DNA of 63,997 nucleotides, filler included, from Choristocarpus tenellus KU-1152 (taxonomy: Eukaryota; Protista; Phaeophyceae): NCBI GenBank assembly GCA_964200185.2. It is 8 parts of 8 records of this genome, joined end to end, with 100 filler letters (N's around TTAATTAATTAA, not from the genome) between each part and the next. Parts side by side here need not be neighbours in the genome. Positions count along the whole stretch, not along the records: positions 1 to 15,229 come from CAXNAD020001032.1; positions 15,330 to 24,696 come from CAXNAD020003742.1; positions 24,797 to 33,288 come from CAXNAD020004653.1; 5 more parts are not named here. One strand, written 5' to 3'. This document shows positions 12,840-26,486 of this stretch, one piece after another (within the stretch, counting starts at the first letter, position 1; every line of letters begins with the position of its first letter). The position numbers and the translations under genes were made by a program. Below the pieces are notes generated by a model. That model ran no database searches, was not told the DNA's origin, and worked only from the letters and a program-made list of their open reading frames with translations.

Positions 12840-15229
12840 AATTGGTGTAGCTTCTTTTCCAGAGCCCCTCATGATGCCGCTTGTTTGCAGTCTTAGTGTC
12901 AGGGTACTGCACAGGATCTAGTAGTCACTCTCAACTATATGCTCACTTTTTGAAAGGAATGGCAAGTGTCTCTCTGGAGAGGTGCATGAATGTACCTTCT
13001 TCGTCAACATTGTTTAATACACCACCCATCTAGTCGACATAGCATTGACCTCTTCTTGTTTGGAAACCCAAATTATGCAGGTCTGAGCCAGGGTATGGCA
13101 ACTTCAGTCATTTCGTGTCCTATTCCCAGAGGAACAAGCCTGTTTCCCTCAACCGTTAGGTGCTCTTATCTGCTTATCTTTGGCCCCAAAAATCCATGTG
13201 ATCAGAGAGTCACGTCAGGTCTTGGGAGCTCTCCATTTCAAAGGAGTTGGCAAATTCAAATAAACGTTATGAAGGGAGCTGAACAAAGCTGCACTTTTTT
13301 TCTTTTTGCGCAACTCTTCATTTGAATTCCTTCCTAACCTGATGTAATATACTACACCTTTCCTTCCTCGTAGCTTCATGCAACACATAGTGTATGATAC
13401 ATGGCACTAAAGTTTCATCTTTGGTGGAAACCTTTTCGTGCCTCAGGAGGCTCACAATGTTAGTGCTAATAGGGGTATCACCCATACAAGACGCAGCAAG
13501 AGCAAGGTTCTAGGGGTATCCATATTGTTATCACTGCTCAGTGACTTTTTGTGCTCATGGCAGAGTGGCAGGTATTGGTTAAGTTAGGGAGATCAGTATG
13601 ACTTTCCCCACCCATGTGCATGCATTTATCAACCATTATCATGGCTGTAAAGCTCACTATGATTTCTAGCTTCCTGTTTCCCTAGAAGTGTCAAGATTTG
13701 TTTGTTCTGTGCCCCCCCAACCCTAGTAATCACCTTCAAAGTCCAAATCCTACTGTTTATTGCAAGCCAGATCTACGACAGAACCAGCCATTTGCTTCAT
13801 ATGTAGTAATCAGACAAGTCAAATGCACTCCTTACCAAAACAAAAGGTTGCTGGTTCAGAACAATACCAGCAATATCGGAATAATACAGTGTCAAAATTG
13901 GTTGTATGTCTGCGCGGGAGGAAGTTGAGTGTCAAGAGTTATCAAACGAGCAGCATCATGCTGGTTGAAAATTTATGTAATATGTTCCACAAAACCCATT
14001 CCGGTGATAAGAGTGAAAGCACTTCCCTTCCTCTGTCACCATCATCATTCCTCAAATCATTGGTTTGCAGGAAATGCTGTGGGAGACACCAAACCAAACA
14101 CACCAACTTCCACTCCAATGTTACTGATCACACAACTGCAACCATCTCGGATGTTAACTCTCCTCGAGCAGCCTTGGCCAAGGGTCACTTGCAAGCCTTT
14201 TGTACCCCACCACAGTGCCCGAGTGTACTATGAAGTTCTTACTAAGATACTTGCGTTGTATTTTAAGGAAAGAGAGAGTAAATACACTCACTGCATGGTG
14301 CATACAGACTTGCCTAAATCCCTGTGCTTGTACAGGGTAGTCCTTTGATTATTCAACAATAGACACATTTGATACTTGCCAGGTATCACATCATCATTAT
14401 CCTTGGAGTCCAGGAAGTAAGAGGCAGGTTAGTTTCTTCACCTTAGCTTCTTGTATCGACCTTAACTCTACTCAAGTCCCATTTCAATTTGACTTGACCT
14501 ACTTTGTCACCATAGGAAAGCCCGCCAAGACTCAGGTCCCGAGTTTGCATGCATGATTTTAGGACATCATGAAGTCTAGGATTTGGTCTAGACCTTGACA
14601 ATAATCAAGTCCCAGACAAGTTCGGTGTCTTGGTGTAAGAAGTGCTAGTTGAGACTGAGGCTCAGGTGTTGAGAAAGTTACTAGAATTTGACAGCAACCC
14701 TCCCTTTGGTTGTGGTCTAGAATCCAGTCCCACCATTTCAGTCAACCAAGGTCGTCAATAAACATTCCTCTAATATCAGCATTGCATAACACTTCAACAA
14801 ATATGTATGAAGAGGAAAAGAGGAGAGAGGTATGAGTATTCCCAGCAATCAAATACTTTACCACTCTACATTGGGAGACATCTCCAAGGAGTGGACGAAT
14901 CAACTCAATCTGTACAAACCGCATTTCGGGCAGGGGTGTTAGTAAAGGTGTGCTCAGTGAGACATACTATTAACATCAATAGCCCCTACTCTGTACTATT
15001 TTTTGGCCAGTTAGTTGGTGGTACTCAATCACACATATACATGTAAGTATGAAGAAGAACAAAAAGAGTCTTGAGGAGCTCCTTAACCATTTACACAAAA
15101 GAGCCTAACACAAAAAGTAAAGCACACACACAGTTACGAAGACTCCCCCCCTACCAGTGCGACCCATACCGCCCCCAACACAAGGATTACAACTCCGTGG
15201 CTGTGGGTGGCCAGGCTTTAGGCACAGGT

Positions 15230-15329
15230 NNNNNNNNNNNNNNNNNNNNNNNNNNNNNNNNNNNNNNNNNNNNTTAATTAATTAANNNNNNNNNNNNNNN
15301 NNNNNNNNNNNNNNNNNNNNNNNNNNNNN
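15230..15329. other. Artificial contig linker (N44-TTAATTAATTAA-N44); identical linkers at 24697-24796, 33289-33388, 48717-48816, 54124-54223, 57911-58010, 61359-61458
   Basis: The same 100-nt N-flanked, all-frame-stop palindrome occurs seven times. Sequences on either side should not be treated as contiguous. Confidence 0.98.
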
Positions 15330-15392
15330 CGATTTTGCCTCAAATGTACACCCCGTGGTCGCTCCCCCCCCCCCCCCCCAGATATTCTGGGT

Positions 15393-15945
15393 CTCGGGGA
15401 CCCCCCAGGTTACCCAGTCTTGACCAATGATTTCCGCAAGGTTTTCTGAGGGGACCCCTGTAGAAACGAGGGTGTTTATGGACAATCCTAAAGTCTGTAT
15501 TGTAGGGCTTGTGCATACAGCTTGTGAGAAGGACTCGCCATGAGGCCCTTGCTGCCTTGCTAGGAGGGTGGGGAGAGTAGCCACCAGTGATCCTACGAAA
15601 GCCGCATGTTGACAGTGTTTCATAGAGGAGAGGCCCAGACCCCCCGTCCTTGTAGGCAGCTGTGCCTGTACTTGTTGGAGGGTCTCTAGGCGAAGAGACC
15701 CATTGTTGCACCCTCCCTCGAAGAAATCTATCACCTCTATCGCATCGGCTATCTCCATTATCCTCTCTAGTGTCCATAGGGAGGTGTTGTCTGCTTGCTC
15801 CATGGTGGAACGTGCCAGGAGGGGGAGACTGACCCTCACAAGATAGCCTAGCCGAGAGGAGAGGGACCAGGAGTTGAGAAGCCAGGCCACCTGCTTGTCC
15901 TCCATCTCGCTTAGGTGTGTGGCTAAAGCTCGTGTCCCAGAGCTC
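15393..15945 (-). mobile_element. 5'-truncated non-LTR retrotransposon fragment (RLE-clade LINE, post-RT region)
   Basis: ORF contains QAQLPTRTGGLGLSSMKHCQHAAFVGS. The LP.R.GGLG...AA..GS motif lies downstream of RT in CRE/NeSL-like LINEs. The fragment is interrupted by a MITE-B end at the contig start. Confidence 0.75.
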
Positions 15946-16347
15946 TTGATTACAATACTAGTACTACTATCAATACAATATTTCATATATATGGTGAAAT
16001 TATAGTACTAACTGTTCATTAGTATAGTATTACTAGAAGGCGGTGTATTACGACGTCAAAATGTGGTGGGAATGTTGTGGAGACCCTTGGTGTGTATTTA
16101 ACTTCATTTTTTCGATTGTACTATGACTTAACATTAACACTCCAAAAAAGGTTAATTGCACCTATATCGAATTCCTTCCATCTTCAAAACAATCAATTCA
16201 AAACCTAACCCTACTCGGTATCAACCTCCTTTACCTCACAACATTCAATTTAAGTTGTACTATCCTGTGTCCTCACACACAGGTTTGTGTCCTCTCTCCC
16301 CATACATCAGTTCCAACATCTTCCCGGGGCGTCCATAATCCCTCGAG

Positions 16348-19300
16348 ATGAAATCTTGTGACCTGGTATGCCACGGGGATCCCACTCTTGGCGCAGAGGG
16401 GAGTCAACCCTTGTCCACTTCGTCCTCAGATCCACCAAACCAATCCGATCTTTGCTGCAGGGAGGGCAACTGGGAGAAGGAAACCCCGAAGATCGTACTC
16501 AATGGGGAGCGACATAACTTCTGCGAAGAGACGAAAGTGCGAGGGCGTTGCTGCTCCTCAAAGCTTCGATCTTTGACTACAGCGTTTCCGGATGATCCTC
16601 GTCAGGAACTGATCGAGGTGGTGTCGAACATGCTGAAGGCTGAGAGGAAGTTTCAGCCTCGGGTGGACGAGGTCACAGGGGATCCACTCTTCAATAAGCT
16701 CTGCCCCTTCGTGGCCTCGAGGCGTAAGCGGTTCGTGGCGTGGAAGGTATGATTCTATGTTTCCGTTCTCAGCCCTGCCCAGCACTATGTGCCATATAAG
16801 TGCACATTCTGTCCTCTTCAATCATCGATGCCCATCTCCTCTTGCCTACTCGATGAATTGCGGTTTGTCTCACTCATCTTCACTTGTGTTAAATTTCGTA
16901 GTTTGTCTAACAACGGTACCATCTTGAGGTGGAAGCGCGTGTATCAATCCATGGTCTGTGAACATTTACACACCCTCCACCCAACACAAATCATGATCAA
17001 GAGAGGCAGGGTTCTACTGTACTCCTTGCTCCCTCCCTAGCCCTCAACGCATATAAGCCCCTTTATCCTTGAAAGTCGCAATGATGACACCTGTCCCCTG
17101 TACTTTAGATGACAATGCAACTGGGGCCGCTAGAGAAGGATCTATCCACGCGTTAGGATCTTCTCTTGTCACCTCTCAGTTCTCCCCCCTTGGTCCATGT
17201 GCAACCCGTCCTGATCCCAAGCTTCGCAGGGGTCCTCATTTCCCGACTCCTTGTACCATTACTTTGCGGATCACTCCATGTTTACCGAAACCAACATCAC
17301 TCATTGGTTCCCGCTTGCAATGCTCGTCGATGACAATGGTGCACTTCTTGTTGACCTCCCCCGTAACCTTGAAGAGAATGAATTTCAGCAGTAGATCAAG
17401 GTCCAGGAGGATACCAGGGTGCTTACCCCGCTTGCTGTATCCCCTCCATTCTTCCTTTCGCTGCTACTCCCTGTAAACATTAAAGACCACCCCTGTATGG
17501 CTCTTCTCTTCAAACTTGTCTATTGCCTGGCTGGACTCTGCATCACCCAATTACAGTACCCTCCCAACCACCATTCTGCAGGTCCAGATGGCAGGTTTCT
17601 TTGGTTACAGGCGCGACACAGTGTCGGTGGCCCTCAACTACTTCGACCGATATACGTGTTCTCAGAAATGTTCCCCAACTGTGACACAGGCTGTCGCTGC
17701 TACAGCTGTCCACCTGGCAGCCAAGTTCGAGGAGCCCAACCCTGCCCCCATGGTGAGTCCCTGTGCCCCCTCTTCACCTTCAAAATATTGCTCTCGTTTG
17801 GGCTCTGGGTTTGCTGGGTGCAACATGTGTTTCTTACCTACCCCCCTCCCTGCTGAAATGACCAATAAGTGTAACCTTCAAGGGTGTGGAATGAGTTGGT
17901 GGCCCTAGTCTCATTGTCTTGTTCCTGCCTCTTTTTTTGTATGTGCGTGTGTGTTTTGCCCTTTCTGGTCTTAGCTAGAGGGGTTATTCTCCTCAATTCT
18001 CTTGCCCCTTTTTAACACAATCACATCCTAATGTAGGGTTAGGGTTAGGGTTATTCTCCTCAATTCTCTTGCCCCTTTTTAACACAATCACATATTAATG
18101 TAGGGATTGCGGTGTGGTGTTGCTGGGTTCCTCATTTTATTGATGCCTCTCAATTGGTATTGTACGATCCCAAAACCTTTGCTGTACTGCTGTGCTGTTT
18201 GTTCATACGTGTGTGTGTGTGTGTGTATGTGTGCTTTCAATGCTGCAGAAAAAATTGCATCGCGCTCCAAAGTACCACTACAAATATTTCTCTACTTGCA
18301 AAGTAAGGATGGGTTGTCCAATCATCCTCCCCATCAGTAGAAAAAGTAGGTGTTCACTTGGAGGTTCAGAGGGTCAGGGTTTGGTTTTAGACTGTCATAT
18401 TTACCGGCCCTCCCCTCCCCTCCCCTCCCCTCCTCCCACCCCACACACTTGTTGCAAGCTTCATAGGTGCATCAATGCAGATACTTGTTGGCAGATGAAG
18501 GACATGCATGACCTTCCCAATCTGAATGGCGTTACTGACCCCAACAACATCCCCTCTCTCCCCTACAGCATGTTATGCTCGAGTATGCCCCAGCATTCAC
18601 CTCAGACCATCTGAAAGTCATGGAACTGTCACTTCTCAAGGTGAATAAACCCCATCCAACCTAAGCACCCAATTTTCTCCAAGCAGTTGGTCAAGTAACC
18701 CTCGTAACACCCAATCTCCTCCAAGCCTTTGTTTTTATGTAAACGCCTTCTATTGAGGCCACTGATGGGCTGTTGTGCGACATGGTCCTACCATAGCACT
18801 GCAAACGAAGAAGGGAATACAAGTAATGCTACATTCAAAAGACTAAGTTGCACTTAGCGTCTTTTGGTTGTGTGTAATCATGGAAGGATTCCAGTCTCAA
18901 TCTGAAGTTGTACCATCTACGAGGGGGATCAACTTTTTCCCTTTGCGTTGCAAGACCTCTTCGGACCTTGTGCAATATACACCATGCCCAAGCCAAAAAG
19001 TGCAGTTATCCTATCCCCCATATCATATGAAGCTGTGACTGTGGATGAGGAAATCTGCTGTGAAGACACTGTTAGTTGAAAGTCCCCTCCACAGTGCTCA
19101 ATAAACATATACCACAAGGTAGTCACAGGGGCCCATAATCTCAACAACCCCCTCTTTGATGGTATTGCACCTCTCTATCCCTATTATTCTGTTCAACTTT
19201 TTTGTCATAGTGGAAGATCTTTCCTCTCAAGGCCCCTGCCTTGCCTTATTCCCATTGCCCTGCTGACCGACCATACCATCATCCTACCCGCACACCCCAA

Positions 19301-21874
19301 AAGGTCTTGAAGTGGGACCTCCGTCCTGTGACAGTCTATGATTTCCTCCATGCTTTTTTGCTCCTCTTGAGCAATATCCGTTGCAAGATCTTCCCAACCA
19401 GCATCAGCTCAATCCGTGCAGGCCACGATGAGAATGATGGCAGGCACTGCTACCAATGCAGTTGTAGCAAATATGAACAAGGGGATGGAAGAGTGAACAC
19501 CAACTCCTCCCCAATCGACCAAGAGAATGAGGATAAGAAGTTTAATGTTGGTGAAGCTCCTGTATTGGTCGGTCCCAACAAGGCCAACTTGGAAGAGGAT
19601 GGGGACTCCTTCAAATCCAAGCAATTTTCTGAGCTTCGCAATGGTGTGGAGGAGATTGTGGAGATGTGTCGTTTTGGTGGGTGCACTTGTGCTGTGTTGT
19701 GCCCATGATGATAAGGGTTTATGCTCTATTTTTGTGTGCTAATAGTGCATATTTTCATGGTCAAGAGTGCAACATAGTAGTTGATTTGCAGCTAACTTCT
19801 CAATTTATGTAGATAATCTCTATTGACATGGAGGAAAATTCTGGTGGTGTCATTGATGCTGATTGACAGATTGTGTGCCTCGAAAACAGCTTTTTCCAGA
19901 CTAAATCAGGAGGGCTCATTTCCCTACCACTGAGTATTTCCAGCACACACTAGAGTACAGTAGTCTACACTAAAAACACTTTGTGCTACCAAGATTTTTG
20001 CTTTTCCTAATACACTCAAGACTATCCTGTACAGTATTTTTTTGTACTAGAGTACATGTATCTTAGAGGGTACGAGTATTGCCCTGTTTGTCCATTTGGG
20101 GCTTGGCTTCCCATGGTTCTTTTCTCATATTTTCCTACTCCAAAATGTTTAGGAGTAGGTAAAGTGCGTATGTTATGAAAAGATTTGTTCGGAACATGAA
20201 TATTGACACTTCCTAACAAACACGATAGACAAAATTACATCAAATCGCAACATTGGATTTTGGTCCCAACTGGACGCGGTTCTACCGTCTAAGATACTTT
20301 GGCTCACTATACAGTACATTTCTTCAATGAGACTTTTTTCACCCCCAAATGCCCACAGGATTACCTTTGTATATTTTTGTCACGTGTGACTTCATGATAT
20401 ATATGTGTGTGTGTGTGTGCTCAAGAGGGATAGTTGAGTTTCACAGACACATGCTTGCTGCAAAACTGCCATATTTCCCACTTAAAGGATGTTTTATTTG
20501 CAAATAATTGTTCATGGAATCATGGCAATCGAAATGCGCACATATATCCAAGTTTATGAAATTCCCATCTTCCTCATCTTCCTGAGAAACCATCACCCAC
20601 CATGATGTACCAAAATCAATCATACCAAAGCACAACATTATGCAGATACAGATTACAAACCCCACTCCCTCCTCTCCCCAATATCTTCCCCTACGGTGCA
20701 ATCAGTGCGGTCAGAATTACCATACCTTTCTGTACATCTGACCTCTCCTCTCCCCCCCCCCCCTACAACTACAGAGAGCCACTTCATCCAATTCCCACCA
20801 TCTGTACAAGTGTTGGCCTCCCTCCTCCTCTTCATATCCCACAATGTCTCCAGTGGTGTGTCTCATGATGATGTTCTCCAAGCATGCCATGAGATTGGCA
20901 TCAACTCCCTCGATTGTATCTTTGCCTGTCTTAAACTTCTGGGCCCTGCCCTCGCCGAGCGCTACCCACCAACTATTTCCTCAGCTGCTAAAGCTGCTAC
21001 CATTGCTGCTGCCTCTGGTCAAGAAGGAAGAACCACACACCCTGTTGAAGATGATTTGGGAGGTTCAGGGGTTTTGCCTGCAGCTGATGGAGTAGGTCAT
21101 ACAGCTACTACAGGTGATGGCAGCAGCAATGGGAAGGTCCCAATTCAGGTATCTTCATGCTCACCTCAGCTTGCAGTTGGTACCAAGGCACATCGATGCT
21201 CTACCCCCACCGGTGTTGATGGCATCCACCAGATTGAGATGGAAGAGGCAGGGGTTTCTGATTCGCCATTGGCAGACAATAGTAATGACTTGGAGGACAT
21301 CTCAAGGTGCCATGTGGTTGTGGATGACAAGAGGGTTGAGGGGGGAGGGAAGGAAGACTTACGAACTGAGTCCTCAAGAGTAACTTCAATCCAGGACCAG
21401 AATCACCCAAGTACAGGGACTTTCCCTGGTCCTCACCTGGATACCATTGGAGATGATACAGGAATCTCATCTAGAGATGGGGGAGAAGATAGCAGAGGTG
21501 GTATTGACACACTTGCCAGCTTGTCTAACTTTAGTGCAACAGTTCGGGTTCGCAAGCCTTCATTCTCTTTCTCAGACAGTGACATCTCGAAGGCCTCAAC
21601 ACTGGCGTTGCAGAAGGAGCAGGGAGGATCATGTAACAACACTGGTCAAGAGACTCACCTCGGTAGTGCTATAAGGGACCCCTCAACAAGTTCAGCTAAG
21701 ATAGCGCGAGGGGAAAGGCCAGCAAGATCAGCATTTAATCCTACCTCCTCACAGCACTCAACCTCTCCTGGGCCGAATTCCTCAGTGGGAAAAAAGAGAT
21801 CTGGCGTGCTTGGACACTGCGAGATAGGATCTGGGTTTAATACCCCAGCCGTGAAGGTTCAGCGCACAGTCTGA
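16348..21874 (+). CDS. Cyclin, D-type-like (LxCxE motif, cyclin N and C boxes, long disordered C-terminal tail); 5 exons
   Basis: Exons 16348-16746, 17582-17752, 18569-18640, 19304-19676, 20775-21874, all GT-AG with consistent phase. Spliced product: RRKRFVAWK|VQMAGFFGYRRDTVSVALNYFDRY...HLAAKFEEPNPAPM|...LKVMELSLLK|VLKWDLRPVTVYDFL...|ESHFIQFPPSVQVLASLL. This matches cyclin-box motifs (A.NY.DR, AAKFEE, ME..LL..L.W.L, F..FPPS). LCCRE (LxCxE) is at 16450-16464. Confidence 0.9.
17981..18105. repeat. Tandem duplication (period ~67 bp) in cyclin intron 2 with TTAGGG repeats at the junction
   Basis: GGGTTATTCTCCTCAATTCTCTTGCCCCTTTTTAACACAATCACAT..TAATGTAGGG occurs twice, joined by TAGGGTTAGGGTTAGGG. 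Confidence 0.9.
20050..20305 (-). mobile_element. MITE family A copy in cyclin intron 4, ACTA TSD
   Basis: Both TIRs present; flanks ACTA/ACTA. Confidence 0.9.
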
Positions 21875-22479
21875 CATACTTGATCAACAGGATCATGCCC
21901 TTCTGTGGGTGGTCTTTCCTCGGTTGCCCAGGGGGAGGAGGGGTGCTGATGCCTAGACCACAATACACACAAACAAATGCTCTGTTTATACACACCCGTG
22001 CCATGGCCTTCTGCCTGTGGTTTATGTTTGCATTGACTGGGGCACCTCCCTTGTCCGGCAGGCAGTAGAAAGAGCTCATCAAAGCATGTTTGGTAAAGGA
22101 AGGAGATGCATGTCCTGGTTATGCCATGCACCTCGTGTCCTTACGTAAATGTGTGTGACACTATATATATATGTATCATACATAGCAGGGAATGCAGCAG
22201 GACGGTTGTCTGAGGGCATCCTCAATGCCCCATAGTTGCTGTTGTAGCTCTCATCGCCAATTTCTACTTATCCACCATACCAGTCCCAAATGTTCTTGGA
22301 TAGTGTCACTATTATCGGTGCATCTTGCATATGCCCACTGCTCTAGAGAAATTGGAATGGGGATAGGGAAAGGAATGAGAGGGGAGAGTTTTGTTGAGGC
22401 CCTTTGTGCACTTGGCAGGTTCTATGTTGTTGCTCTCTCTGCGTTTTGTCCTCCTACTTTTTTTTACATGGCATGACCT

Positions 22480-24500
22480 TTGGTTGGGTGAGGGTGAGTC
22501 AGCCAGTTTTTAGTTTTCTGTCGACGGGATTGGAATAGACAAGACAACATTGCAGCGCATGCCAACCCACAATATTTTCACTCCTCTACTGGAAAAATTG
22601 TTACTGTGCGATTTTGGCCTCCTTTTGACATTCAGTGTAATGAACTTCAGTATGGACTAGCTATGAGCAAGCCACACACATGAGGTGTTCTTTGTTGTGT
22701 AGAGATTGAGTTTTTGCCTGGATCAATTTGGTTGTAGGCCTCTGGTATTGAACACCAAGAAAAAAATCATGGCTGGATGGCATCAATGTTTTGTCAGATG
22801 TTCATTTCATGCTGTCAAGAGGGTTTGTTTCATTTCTGTTTGATGTCTTACAACCACAGAAACCTCGAAAAGGTTGGTAGCCGAGCTTGTGGTTTTGATA
22901 CTATTTTCAGGCATTTGGGGAAAGAATAAGTTCCCTGAGCGACCCAGCGTACCATCAAGAGGCCAGAGCTGTGCTTTCCCTGTGAACTTGTTCTGGTTCT
23001 GTGTGTTATTATTTTTCCCTAGTTACATGAATTTGCCTACTTCTTCACCTTGACCTATGGGCAGACTTAAGAGTCTCCCAGGGAGGAAGGCAGAGTGAGA
23101 AAGAGTGGGATCAGGATTGGTTTTCCTGGTTCAACTCAGTTCTATTTTAGTTCGTGTGATAGTAGCAGAAAGATGTGTTGTGCGTGGGTAGCTAGGGATG
23201 GCAAAGATTTGCTTTCGCAGGTGCTATGCGCGTCAGTGCTGGCCCTGCCTTTTTCCTTGAGCGTATTCGTAGCGAAAAGGTGTTTTGGCTTGCGGATTAA
23301 GCTTTATTCAAGGTGATACAGAGTGGAGCTTTATCAGGTGAAAATGTGATGGGTGTCTTTTTGCTTTGATAGTATAATAGTGAAGGGAGTAAGATGGGGA
23401 GGACATGTCGCATATGCTACTGTTGTTTTGTGCAGGCTTGTGGACCTCCACTACAGTAAGGAGAGGATCTGGAAAGGGATATAGGATCCATATTTCTTGC
23501 CTTAGACGTCTCTGATTTTTCAGGGCAATCAATGGGAGAATGGTAGTCATAAGATTTGCCGGAAGTGGGCCAGCAGCAGTTTGCTTGAAGCACCTGCAAC
23601 ATGGCTGCTCCCAGGAGGGGGTATCACAGGAGACAATGGATGTTTTGAAAGAACAGAGATGGTGCAGGAGATCGAAAAGTCAGAGGTTGTATGTGGTAGG
23701 AACCCGAGGAGGACGCTAGTGTTTGGTGAGTAGCTTGGAGAGGAAGAGAGCCTAACGTTGTGGAAAGTTGCCTTTGTGAAGTGGAACATCTTCCTGTGCT
23801 GAAATAGAGTCGGCATTGGGTTCATAAAATATTTGGATATGATTGTCGGTTCTTGCTCTTGAGTTTTTCTTCACTAGGTTTGAAACAACACCTGACTGGG
23901 TTGTAAACCTCGTAGCCCTGGCCTCAGCAACTGAACTTCTCTGCCGAAGCCTGCAGACTTTTTGAACATGTGTTTCCCTGCACCCAATTTCTAGAGGAAA
24001 TAGCGGTACACGCGGTAGTATTAGCAGTTTGCCTGGCAAACGTGCTTCTACTTGCAGTGTGAACGGCAGTAGGATGCAGTCCATTTTCATCTCGATGTGG
24101 AGGGAATGAAGCCTCGGCCCTGCCTATTCACCCGCGATGCATAAAGAAAATAACACAACTGTATAGTATGACTAAAAGAGTACTGCAACGAAAACATATA
24201 TATGGTGCGACGAGACGTGCACACCATTGCTGCTGATGCAGTTGGAGAGGTGAATCCAGAGACTGTCTTCTCTCTTCTCATCAAGTAGAGGTCAATATAT
24301 ATTTTCTTTGGACGTGCCTTTGGTTTGAGTAACAGCCTGACCGTCTGACAGGATGGGTGGCTGCAAGGAGAGTGAAAGAGGCACACGATCCAGGTCATCA
24401 CTATTTTTTAATTGGTTTATGTTGTATTGCCCCATTATATTTTCTCTTCCTGGAGGGGGGTTGTCAGGAGAAAAGACTGCTGAGTTACAAATGCACACAC
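22480..24500 (-). mobile_element. Probable decayed retroelement remnant
   Basis: Coding-like composition with short, interrupted minus-strand ORFs and no recognisable splice structure. Only weak RT-like traces. Confidence 0.3.
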
Positions 24501-25347
24501 ACAACGCAAGGTGTTCTACTGTATACGTAAGAGGACAATATGATTTTATTCATATATAGTGGTTGACATTGAGTTGTTCATGGCGTTAGCGGATTGAAAT
24601 ATTTTGAGCAATGAATCACTCCACACATAACAGGGGATTCTCAAAATTGAGGATGGAGCGGGACTATGCGGATGGTTTTCTGCGAAAACAGTCTTANNNN
24701 NNNNNNNNNNNNNNNNNNNNNNNNNNNNNNNNNNNNNNNNTTAATTAATTAANNNNNNNNNNNNNNNNNNNNNNNNNNNNNNNNNNNNNNNNNNNNGGGT
24801 GAAAAACGGACGCCGACACCCCCCCCCAGATACTTTGACCCCCTGCACTGCAGGGGACCATTACACACCGCCCAAACTCATCTAAGAAAGACAAAATCTG
24901 GTATCAAAACAAGTGTATTTGGATATATAACTGAGGGCAGGATCAAAAGCTTCAACTTGCAGATGTCTTCGATCTATTGCATAAAGGAGGTAGACTAACA
25001 CGAGAGCATCATAGATAAAATTCTTAAGGGACGGGACAAACGGTGATAAAGATATGAGTGGATATAGATGACCACCCTTCTCGCCCAACTTAATGGGTAG
25101 AGAGCTGTTTGCTGTAGGTGTGTGTCAAAACAGCACATCATCGGAGGGTGAGCCAAAGTATCCTAGAGGGAGGGTGGGTTTCGCTCATTTTTTGTTAACA
25201 GACTCGAGAATGTGATGCTTGACACCTCATGTTCATCGCCAAAATTCACTGGACCCCCTTCAGGATTTTGTGGAATGTAGAAGAAAAGACCCATTGGATG
25301 AATGGAGGAAATTAATTTTGACGAACTACACAATCATATACATTACA

Positions 25348-25608
25348 GAGCCAAAGTATCTTACAGGGTACAGTCGCGTCCTTTTGGGGGCCAAACTCCG
25401 ATGTTGCGATTTTTTTGTAATTTCAGCTATCATAGTAATAATAAAGTGTCAATGTCCTTGTTCCGGAAACACCTTTTCACAATGTATACATTTTACCTCC
25501 TCCGAAACATTTTGGAGTAGGTAAAATGTCATAAAAAACCCCCGTGGGAAGCCAAGCCTCAAATGGACAAACAGGGCAAAACTTGTACCCTCTAAGATAC
25601 TTTCACTC
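25348..25608 (+). mobile_element. MITE family A copy
   Basis: GAGCCAAAGTATCTTACAGGGTA...TACCCTCTAAGATACTTTCACTC. Confidence 0.9.
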
Positions 25609-26486
25609 ACACCGATAACGAGAAACAGTCACAGAGACCCTAGATGGACAACAGTACCCCACTCAAGTAGGAGACTTAAGCTCGTACTATAGATATACCT
25701 CTGGATGAACAGATAGAGAAATGTGCAGACAACATTGACTACAATGAAGATCAGTTGACACACCAAACACTGGAGGCTTCAGCAGAGCTCTTCTTCAACT
25801 TTCCCATTAGAGAAACAACTGGGCTCAGTATTATGTTTAACTGTTCGCTACTACTGTGACTTAGTGGTATAGGGTCACTTATAATCTATTCTTTGAAGAC
25901 GTTGGTAGTTGGCCCAAGCCCCTTGCTTATTCACCATTGCGCATCACCCAGACTCATGTATAGAAGTGAAAGGGTAGTATTTATAGTAATAGCACGGATA
26001 CAAACTGTTTTTGTGACGCAGGCAATACGCATAATGGTTAGGTTTAGTTGGCGGTACAGTATACCTACAAATAATCCGTTGACGGTGGCATGTTTAGAAT
26101 TACGTGTACCGTTCTCAATGATTCCATATCGTCACCCCCCTCCCTCCATCTCCCTCGTACTTCGAACCAATTATTCGGGATAATTCACACGAGCATCAAT
26201 TGCCTCATATTAGTACATTGATTCGTTAACACACATGCATCACTTGACAACAACTTCAACTAGGATATTGCTCAATCAATGTAGTGTTATTGGCCTCTGA
26301 TATTTTACAGATGTGTGTCAGGGGGGGAGAAAAACCAACCAACACCAACACTATATGAAAAGGACAACTGTAGATTCAACAGTTGTCCTCAGTGCTTAGA
26401 CACCTCTCTAAGATATGTACTATTTGAAAACAATACAGCAATATCTCGTTCAAGATCGTCATCTACTATACGTAATGTGAAAATTC

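Noticed and set aside
15230-15329. TTAATTAATTAA palindromes flanked by Ns, and any gene neighbourhood spanning them
   Set aside because: These are artificial concatenation linkers. Apparent clustering of cyclase, RlmI, FtsZ and the other genes across contigs has no biological meaning.
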